23,110 nucleotides of DNA from Chlorobiales bacterium (GTDB taxonomy: Bacteria; Bacteroidota; Chlorobiia; Chlorobiales; JACMJS01): contig JACMJS010000015.1 of the NCBI GenBank assembly GCA_014380515.1, forward strand, positions 1 to 23,110, read 5' to 3'. Shown piece by piece: positions 18,076-23,110 of this stretch. The notes beneath the pieces are model-generated. The model did not search any database, was not told the DNA's origin, and worked only from the letters and a program-made list of their open reading frames with translations. Positions within the stretch are counted from its first letter, which is position 1. Each line of letters starts with the position of its first letter. Made by a program: the position numbers and the translations under genes.

Positions 18076-18127
18076 GTAGGGGCGAGGCCATAGAGCGTTA
18101 GCTCGGTGAACTCGCAGTCGCCTCTAC
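18076..18127. repeat. Imperfect hairpin beginning with the motif CGTAGGGGCGAGGC, immediately after the metallophosphoesterase stop
   Basis: GTAGGGGCGAGGC (18076-18088) pairs imperfectly with GTCGCCTCTAC (18117-18127). The same 14-mer starts the perfect palindrome at 19793. Confidence 0.5.
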
Positions 18128-18228
18128 AATGATGAAGCCATAAATAAAATCTTCAGCAAAGAGGCAGATTTTTTTGCGGAGTTTGCAGCGGCGCAGTATA
18201 TTTGCAGCCCTTCGGAAAAAGATGGAAC

Positions 18229-18301
18229 GGACAGGTAGCTCAGTCGGTAGAGCAATGGACTGAAAATCCATGTGTCGGGGGTTCGATTCCCTCTCTGTCC
18301 A
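18229..18301 (+). tRNA. tRNA-Phe (anticodon GAA)
   Basis: GGACAGGTAGCTCAGTCGGTAGAGCAATGGACTGAAAATCCAT...GGTTCGATTCC. Cloverleaf with anticodon loop CTGAAAA. CCA is not encoded. Confidence 0.9.
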
Positions 18302-18342
18302 CAGCAATGATGATAGCTTTATTGCTCGCGGTCTCAGGGTTT

Positions 18343-18416
18343 GTGCCCGTAGCTCAACCGGATAGAGCATCAGCCTTCTAAGCTGGAGGTTACTGGTTCG
18401 ATTCCAGTCGGGCACG
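18343..18416 (+). tRNA. tRNA-Arg (anticodon TCT)
   Basis: GTGCCCGTAGCTCAACCGGATAGAGCATCAGCCTTCTAAGCTGG...GGTTCGATTCCAGTCGGGCACG. Anticodon loop CTTCTAA. Acceptor stem GTGCCCG/CGGGCAC. Confidence 0.9.
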
Positions 18417-18452
18417 CGGGTTTTGAGATAGATTTTTTTCAGGCTCTCGCAT

Positions 18453-18527
18453 GGCGCCCGTAGCTCAATTGGTTAGAGCACGCGACTGTGACTCGCGAGG
18501 TTACGGGTTCGATGCCCGCCGGGCGCC
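18453..18527 (+). tRNA. tRNA-His (anticodon GTG) with encoded G-1
   Basis: G-GCGCCCGTAGCTCAATTGGTTAGAGCACGCGACTGTGACTCGCG...GGTTCGATGCCCGCCGGGCGC-C. An extra 5' G pairs with discriminator C73, as is typical for tRNA-His. Confidence 0.9.
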
Positions 18528-18554
18528 CACACTGTTTTTTTATATTTTTTCATT

Positions 18555-18629
18555 GGCCCTATCGACTAGTGGTTAGGTCACCACCCTTTCAAGGTGGTCG
18601 GACGGGTTCGAATCCCGTTAGGGTCACCA
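18555..18629 (+). tRNA. tRNA-Glu (anticodon TTC), CCA encoded
   Basis: GGCCCTATCGACTAGTGGTTAGGTCACCACCCTTTCAAGGTGGT...GGTTCGAATCCCGTTAGGGTCACCA. Anticodon loop CTTTCAA. Confidence 0.9.
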
Positions 18630-18637
18630 CATCACAT

Positions 18638-18672
18638 CAAAGCCCCGTCAATCCCGACGGGGCTTTTTGTTT
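18638..18672 (+). terminator. Rho-independent terminator of the tRNA cluster
   Basis: AAAGCCCCGTCaatccGACGGGGCTTTTTGTTT. It has the same stem family as the terminators at 6529 and 8657. Confidence 0.8.
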
Positions 18673-18680
18673 CGATGCAG

Positions 18681-18740
18681 TGCACCTCACCCGTCTTGCC
18701 AGACACCCTCTCCTTGCTAAGGAGAGGGAAAGGGTGAGGT
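18681..18740. other. Nested perfect hairpin (outer stem ACCTCACCC/GGGTGAGGT, inner stem CCCTCTCCTT/AAGGAGAGGG, 3-nt loop), function unknown
   Basis: 18684-18692 pairs with 18732-18740. 18706-18715 pairs with 18719-18728. No U-tract follows. It lies between the tRNA terminator and the next gene. Confidence 0.5.
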
Positions 18741-18882
18741 CTATTGTCTGTTGGCAAATCGCAACGGTGAAACTTATATTCAAACCATGCTTTGCAGCCC
18801 CTTGGAAACCGTGCAGAAACTCTGCGCGAGGGTCTGCGTTAAGAAGCCTTCATCACAGTTTGATTTTCTTTTTACCGCCGTC

Positions 18883-19755
18883 ATGCCCAAAGGTCTCGGA
18901 TTTTTTGATTACATCAAGGCCGCCTTCAGTGCCAAACCCGCCGGAATGCCGCTCAGCCCGAACTGGATTTTCGTCGCCGCCGCCGGAATGCTTGGCGTGT
19001 TGTTGAACCCGGGATTTTTGTTGCTCGGCGCTGGCTTGGAGTTAGGCTACCTGCTGACGCTCGGCAACAACGAACGATTCCGCCGCGTCGTCAATTCACG
19101 CGAGCTTGCGTCCGAACAAGTAAGTGTTCAGGCGATGCTTTCGGGTCTCGTCGCCAAACTTTCGCCCGATGCCCGCGAACGCTTTGGCCGCCTACAGTCG
19201 CGTTGCAAATCCGTTCTCGCACTCTATCAAGCTCAACTCTCGCTCGATACCGAAGTCGTTACGCGCCACAGCGAAAGCCTCAACCGCTTCGTCTGGATTT
19301 TTTTGCAACTCTTGCTCACGCGCGAAACCATGCAAACAACCTTCCGCGAAAGCCGCAACGCCCCGCGGTTTCAATCGCTGCTCGAAGATGAAATCGCCGA
19401 CTTGGAACAGCGTCTCAAGCGCGGCACCGCTTCCGACGAACTTCGCCGCTCGCTCGAGAGCAAGCGCGACATTTTAAAACAGCGATTGGACATTTACGCC
19501 GAAGCCGGTAACAAATTGCATTACATTGACGCGGAGCTTGAGCGTATTGAACAGCAAATCGAACTTCTGCGCGAGCAAGCCGTCGTCAGCCGAGATTCAT
19601 CGGCGATTTCGGTAAAGATCGATACCGTCAGTTCAAGTCTCGGTGAAACGAGCGAGTGGATTAAAGAACAACAAAATTTGTTCGGCCTGATGCAAGAAGG
19701 ATCAAGTTCAGCCCCGCAGATTTTAGGCCAACGCTCATCGGCCTACGAAGGATAA
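18883..19755 (+). CDS. Hypothetical membrane protein: N-terminal hydrophobic region (about 2 TM) plus long C-terminal predicted coiled-coil
   Basis: The ORF is open from 18751 but overlaps the hairpin region. The internal ATG at 18883 (MPKGLGFFDYIKAAF...) is followed by hydrophobic segments WIFVAAAGMLGVLLNPGFLLLGAGLELGYLLTL. The C-terminal heptad-like segments are ADLEQRLKRG..., IDAELERIEQQIELLREQ. No recognisable family. Confidence 0.5.
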   Translation: MPKGLGFFDYIKAAFSAKPAGMPLSPNWIFVAAAGMLGVLLNPGFLLLGAGLELGYLLTLGNNERFRRVVNSRELASEQVSVQAMLSGLVAKLSPDARERFGRLQSRCKSVLALYQAQLSLDTEVVTRHSESLNRFVWIFLQLLLTRETMQTTFRESRNAPRFQSLLEDEIADLEQRLKRGTASDELRRSLESKRDILKQRLDIYAEAGNKLHYIDAELERIEQQIELLREQAVVSRDSSAISVKIDTVSSSLGETSEWIKEQQNLFGLMQEGSSSAPQILGQRSSAYEG

Positions 19756-19792
19756 TTTTTCTCCCGTCATTTTTTGATTCTGTATTATCAAA

Positions 19793-19822
19793 CGTAGGGG
19801 CGAGGCATGCCTCGCCCCTACG
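19793..19822. repeat. Perfect 30-bp palindrome CGTAGGGGCGAGGCA|TGCCTCGCCCCTACG
   Basis: It is self-complementary over its full length. It lies 38 nt after the stop of the preceding gene and 38 nt before the AAA+ gene start. It shares its first 14 nt with 18075-18088. Confidence 0.85.
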
Positions 19823-19859
19823 TCGCCGATCGACAGAAAAGAATACGATTCAACAAACG

Positions 19860-21704
19860 ATGCTCAACACACCAACGCTTCCCGCTTCCCCCGCTATTCC
19901 CGCAACGGCTGCGAAGCCGCCCCTGACGCCGCTTCCCAAGTGGGCACAGCAACTTCAAGATACCTTTCGCGCGGGCGCGGCGAGCCAGTTTATTCTTTAC
20001 GGCAACACGATGGACATCGTGCCGCATGGTGAAGCAACGGTTGCCCAGCCGCTCTCGCTTAAAAAATATCTCGCTGATGTAATGCTCGCCGGTTTCGATA
20101 CCGTGATTACGTACGACCGCGGCAAAGGTATTCGCGCGGTGCGAGGCGATAAAGATTGGTCGGAGTGGCTGACGTCTTTTACCGGCAACCGCGCGATGGA
20201 ATTGCTCGCCGGAAGTATGCGCGAACCGTTGAAAGCGTTGGAACTGATCGATCTCTACATTCTGCGCTCGCTCAACTTGCAAGCGATTCAACAAAAATCC
20301 GCGACACCGAAACCGGCTTCAAGCACCGCAGCGAGTGCGCCCGCAACAACGAAAGCCCTGAAGATTGCCGTCATCATTGACTTCGCGGCGTTCATCGTAC
20401 CGAAGGGCGATCCGGTGCAACTCTCCGGCGACATCGCATCGCACATCGTCAAGATTCTCGGCTGGGCCAACGATCCCGCGATTCTGCAAAGCAACATTGC
20501 GACCTTTCTCATCACCGAACGCATCAGCGATCTCAACGATTTGATTACCGACAACGCGCACACCGCGAAAATCGAATTGAAGTTTCCGAGCGAAGCGGAT
20601 ATTCTTTCCTATCTCAAGTCGCTTCAAGCCTCGGTGTTCCCGAAACTTTTGGAACAAAGCGATATGAGTTTGGAAGTGATGGCCAAACGCCTCACCGGCC
20701 TCAGCCGCATCGATGCGAAGAACGTGATCAGTTCAGCGATCACGAACGGCGAGCGTGTAACCGAGCAACTGCTCAGCGGTTTGAAAAAAGAACTCATCGA
20801 AAAAGAGTGTCAGGATTTGCTGGAGTTTTTCGAATCGCCTTATACACTCGATTTGGTTTCCGGCCACGAACCCGTCAAGGCATGGCTGCGGCAGGATGCA
20901 ACGCTGCTCAAGACCGGCAAATCACACGCGCTCCCGATGGGCTATCTCATCACCGGGCGCATCGGCACGGGAAAAACATTCATCGTGCAATGTTGGGCGG
21001 GCGAACTGGGCATTCCGTGCGTGGTTCTCAAGAACTTCCGCGACAAATGGGTGGGATCGACGGAAGGCAAACTGGAGAAAATTTTTTCGGTGCTGCACGC
21101 TTTGGGACAAGTGGTCGTCTTCGTCGATGAAGCCGATCAGATGACGGGCAAGCGCGAAGGCGGTTCGTCGGACAGCGGACTTGGCGGGCGCGTGTATGCG
21201 ATGCTGGCGAAGGAAATGTCGGACACCAGAAATCGCGGTAAAATTATTTGGGTGTTTGCAACCTCGCGCCCGGATTTGGTTGAAGTCGATTTGAAACGGC
21301 AAGGGCGGCTCGATGTGCACATTCCGCTGTTCGTGCCGCAGTCGCAAGCGGAATATCACGCGCTCTTTCTGGCGGTCGCAAAGAAATTAAAGTTTCCATT
21401 GAAGCCCGAAGATTTACCGCCGATTCCTGAAAGCGCCGAGTTCGGCGGCCATGAGATCGAAGGGATGCTCGTGCGTGCGCTCAGGCAGTATGAACTTGCG
21501 GGTGATGTGAAGCCATCAATGGCGGAAATTTTCAAAGGCGTCGTTGCGGATATGAAGCCGAATGCCTACACGAAAAAGTTGGAGTACATGGATTTGGTCG
21601 CCGTGCGCGAGTGCACCGATGCGTCGTTCCTGCCGGAAAAGTTTAAGAACATGCCGCCGGAAATGTTGGAGCAGCGGATTGAAGAATTGCGGAGGTATGT
21701 ATGA
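19860..21704 (+). CDS. AAA+ ATPase, classical (Cdc48/FtsH-type) C-terminal AAA module preceded by about 360-aa N-terminal region that looks like a degenerate AAA-like domain
   Basis: Walker A ITGRIGTGKT. Walker B VVVFVDEADQM. Sensor-1/SRH (WVFATSRPDLVEVDLKRQGRLD). The N-terminal FILYGNTMD / KIAVIIDFAAF blocks resemble degenerate Walker A/B positions. Confidence 0.8.
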   Translation: MLNTPTLPASPAIPATAAKPPLTPLPKWAQQLQDTFRAGAASQFILYGNTMDIVPHGEATVAQPLSLKKYLADVMLAGFDTVITYDRGKGIRAVRGDKDWSEWLTSFTGNRAMELLAGSMREPLKALELIDLYILRSLNLQAIQQKSATPKPASSTAASAPATTKALKIAVIIDFAAFIVPKGDPVQLSGDIASHIVKILGWANDPAILQSNIATFLITERISDLNDLITDNAHTAKIELKFPSEADILSYLKSLQASVFPKLLEQSDMSLEVMAKRLTGLSRIDAKNVISSAITNGERVTEQLLSGLKKELIEKECQDLLEFFESPYTLDLVSGHEPVKAWLRQDATLLKTGKSHALPMGYLITGRIGTGKTFIVQCWAGELGIPCVVLKNFRDKWVGSTEGKLEKIFSVLHALGQVVVFVDEADQMTGKREGGSSDSGLGGRVYAMLAKEMSDTRNRGKIIWVFATSRPDLVEVDLKRQGRLDVHIPLFVPQSQAEYHALFLAVAKKLKFPLKPEDLPPIPESAEFGGHEIEGMLVRALRQYELAGDVKPSMAEIFKGVVADMKPNAYTKKLEYMDLVAVRECTDASFLPEKFKNMPPEMLEQRIEELRRYV

Positions 21705-22411
21705 AAGTAAGCAGTCTGTTAAAATCGCTCGGCCTTGTAAGTGTTGATGAATCGCCGGAGGAAGTTGCGGCTTCGGAAAGCACTTCCGCTACAGCCAACA
21801 GTGACAAGCCTCCAGCGGCGGTGAAGGATTCAGCGAAATCAAGTGCGGCAAATTTAAAACCGGTTTCGGAAGCGACGCAAACAGTGGACGCTGAAGCGAT
21901 TGCCGCAAGTGCGGAAGCCTCGGGCATCGGTGAACTCTCGATTAGTTTCGCGGAGATTTTCAAAGCGTTAAAGATTTCTACGCCCGCGCACGGCTGGGAC
22001 GTCGATAAGGTGATCACTGCGATCAGTACGCCGCAGTTCAAAGCGATTGATCCGGCAACCGCAAAGGCCGCGATGCAAGCCATGCTCGCCGCGAGCGCGG
22101 TGCCGCCGGAAGACATTGTGCAGGACGCCGTCAACCGCGACAAAGCCCTAGATAGCTACGAAGCGTACGCCGCAAAAAAACTTTCGGAACGGCTCGCAAC
22201 GCACTCGCAAGATGTTGAAACGTTACAAAAGCAAATCAAACAGTGCGAGGAAGAAATATCGCGTGTGAAAAATTCTATGACGCAAGCGGAAGAAGCATTC
22301 AAAGCGTGGCAGGTAAAGAAGGCCGAGAAAGAAGAAGAACTTGTCAAAGTCGTTTCGATGCTGACGGCGGAAGAAAAAATTTCGGTCAGTAGCACGGCAA
22401 AAAACAATTAA
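21701..22411 (+). CDS. Hypothetical Ala/Ser-rich protein with C-terminal coiled-coil, translationally coupled to the AAA+ ATPase
   Basis: Its ATG overlaps the AAA+ stop by 4 nt (ATGA). Low-complexity acidic Ala/Ser-rich N-half. The C-terminus is ...ETLQKQIKQCEEEISRVKNSMTQAEEAFKAWQVKKAEKEEELVKV. No recognisable family. A 166-aa antisense ORF (21643..22143) is attributed to GC/Ala-codon bias. Confidence 0.55.
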   Translation: MKVSSLLKSLGLVSVDESPEEVAASESTSATANSDKPPAAVKDSAKSSAANLKPVSEATQTVDAEAIAASAEASGIGELSISFAEIFKALKISTPAHGWDVDKVITAISTPQFKAIDPATAKAAMQAMLAASAVPPEDIVQDAVNRDKALDSYEAYAAKKLSERLATHSQDVETLQKQIKQCEEEISRVKNSMTQAEEAFKAWQVKKAEKEEELVKVVSMLTAEEKISVSSTAKNN

Positions 22412-22441
22412 GTTTTTTCTAAACTATCAAAAGGTAAAGCC

Positions 22442-23110
22442 ATGCTTTATTACATCTTCGGTATTTTTGCTTTTTGCTTCGTGCTGGAAAGAATTATCCC
22501 GGGCTGGAAACTTCCCAAAGTTGCAACTTGGACGTTTCGAGTTTTAATCATCAATGCCGCTCAAATCGCCATAGTATTAGTTGCCGGTATTACGTGGGAA
22601 AAATGGTTTTCATCTTGGTCGGTTTTTCATTTGTCTGAGTTCGTTTCTCCCGTTGTCGGCGGTATCATCGCATACATTATTGCAACGTTTATTTTTTATT
22701 GGTGGCATCGGTGGCGGCATGAAGTAGATTTCCTTTGGAAAGGATTTCATCAAATTCATCACAGCCCGCAACGCCTTGAAGTCATCACATCTTTTTATAA
22801 ACACCCGCTGGAAATGACCGTCAACTCCATCATCGGCAGCCTGTTGGTCTATACTTTTTTAGGATTGAACTTGGAAGGTGGAGCGATTTATACTTTCTGC
22901 ACAGCCATTGGAGAGTTTTTTTATCATACCAATGTAAAAACCCCAAGATGGATTGGTTATTTTTTTCAGCGACCCGAGATGCACAGAATTCATCACGAGT
23001 ATGGCAAACACAAAAATAATTACGGCGACATCGTTTGGTGGGACATGATGTTCGGCACATATGAAAATCCAAAAGAGTTCACCACGAGTTGCGGATTCGA
23101 TCAAGAGAAG
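22442..23110 (+). CDS. Fatty acid hydroxylase superfamily / sterol-desaturase-like integral membrane protein (N-terminal 223 aa; 3' end outside window)
   Basis: ATG at 22442, open to the window end. Histidine boxes HRWRH, HQIHH, HRIHHEYGKH and the WWDMMFGT block are typical of the FA_hydroxylase/ERG3 family. The gene is AT-rich compared with the window. Confidence 0.8.
   Translation, partial: MLYYIFGIFAFCFVLERIIPGWKLPKVATWTFRVLIINAAQIAIVLVAGITWEKWFSSWSVFHLSEFVSPVVGGIIAYIIATFIFYWWHRWRHEVDFLWKGFHQIHHSPQRLEVITSFYKHPLEMTVNSIIGSLLVYTFLGLNLEGGAIYTFCTAIGEFFYHTNVKTPRWIGYFFQRPEMHRIHHEYGKHKNNYGDIVWWDMMFGTYENPKEFTTSCGFDQEK

Noticed and set aside
18182-18204. Bacteroidetes-type promoter (TTTG ... TAnnTTTG) upstream of tRNA-Phe
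   Set aside because: Both motif halves are present (TTTG at 18182, TATATTTG at 18197), but the spacing is about 11 nt instead of about 19-21. That is too short to call.
14471-18629. Functional link between gltX and the nearby tRNA-Glu gene
   Set aside because: They are separated by two unrelated genes and a terminator-like element. Co-localisation is probably coincidental.
18751-18882. N-terminal 44-aa extension of the 18751..19755 ORF (MANRNGETYIQTMLCSPLETVQKLCARVCVKKPSSQFDFLFTAV)
   Set aside because: The region forms the tail of the nested hairpin and is Cys-rich with no features. The ATG at 18883 gives a protein starting right at the hydrophobic segment.
1-23110. CRISPR arrays, rRNA genes, transposases/integrases, prophage genes
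   Set aside because: No direct-repeat/spacer periodicity, no rRNA-like conserved stretches, and no recombinase or transposase signatures were found in any frame.

Overview
This is a high-GC (roughly 55-60%) bacterial chromosomal window with two conspicuously AT-rich patches, at about 1300-2400 and 22420-23110. The backbone looks like core housekeeping genes. It holds the 3' end of a TolC-family outer-membrane efflux gene, a Cys-type glutathione peroxidase and a flotillin-like SPFH protein. On the minus strand are HU, a half-size TSUP permease and the conserved hpt-ftsH pair. On the plus strand are gltX, a DAGK-like lipid kinase overlapping a metallophosphoesterase, and a four-tRNA cluster (Phe-GAA, Arg-TCT, His-GTG, Glu-TTC). 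Terminators share one hairpin motif (GCCCGTC...GACGGGCTTTTTGTTT) and many genes lack a clear Shine-Dalgarno, which weakly suggests an FCB-group (Chlorobi/Bacteroidetes-like) genome; that is inference only. The accessory content is this. (i) A lower-GC five-gene island (1442-5891): an AraC regulator, two paralogous NmrA-like NAD(P)-binding proteins, an HhH-GPD (AlkA/Ogg-like) DNA glycosylase and an AlkB dioxygenase, which looks like a DNA alkylation-repair island. (ii) A HEPN gene with an Rx5H motif, overlapped by 4 nt with a small protein that reads as a catalytically degenerate minimal nucleotidyltransferase; this toxin-antitoxin-like pair sits immediately downstream of a zinc-ribbon/TPR membrane protein that is itself translationally coupled to HU. 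(iii) A three-gene module (18883-22411): a membrane plus coiled-coil protein, a 614-aa AAA+ ATPase with a classical Cdc48/FtsH-type C-terminal module and an apparently degenerate N-terminal AAA-like domain, and an Ala/Ser-rich coiled-coil protein overlapping by 4 nt. I regard this module as the best candidate for an undescribed system. (iv) Several families of structured intergenic repeats: hairpin-forming MITE-like elements (GTCATTCYGAA...AAGAATC) flanking gltX, a GTAGGGGCGAGGC palindromic element after two genes, and a 35-bp tandem duplication carrying a TTGGC-N6-GCCAA palindrome at the hpt 3' end upstream of ftsH. No CRISPR array, rRNA, transposase or integrase is visible.
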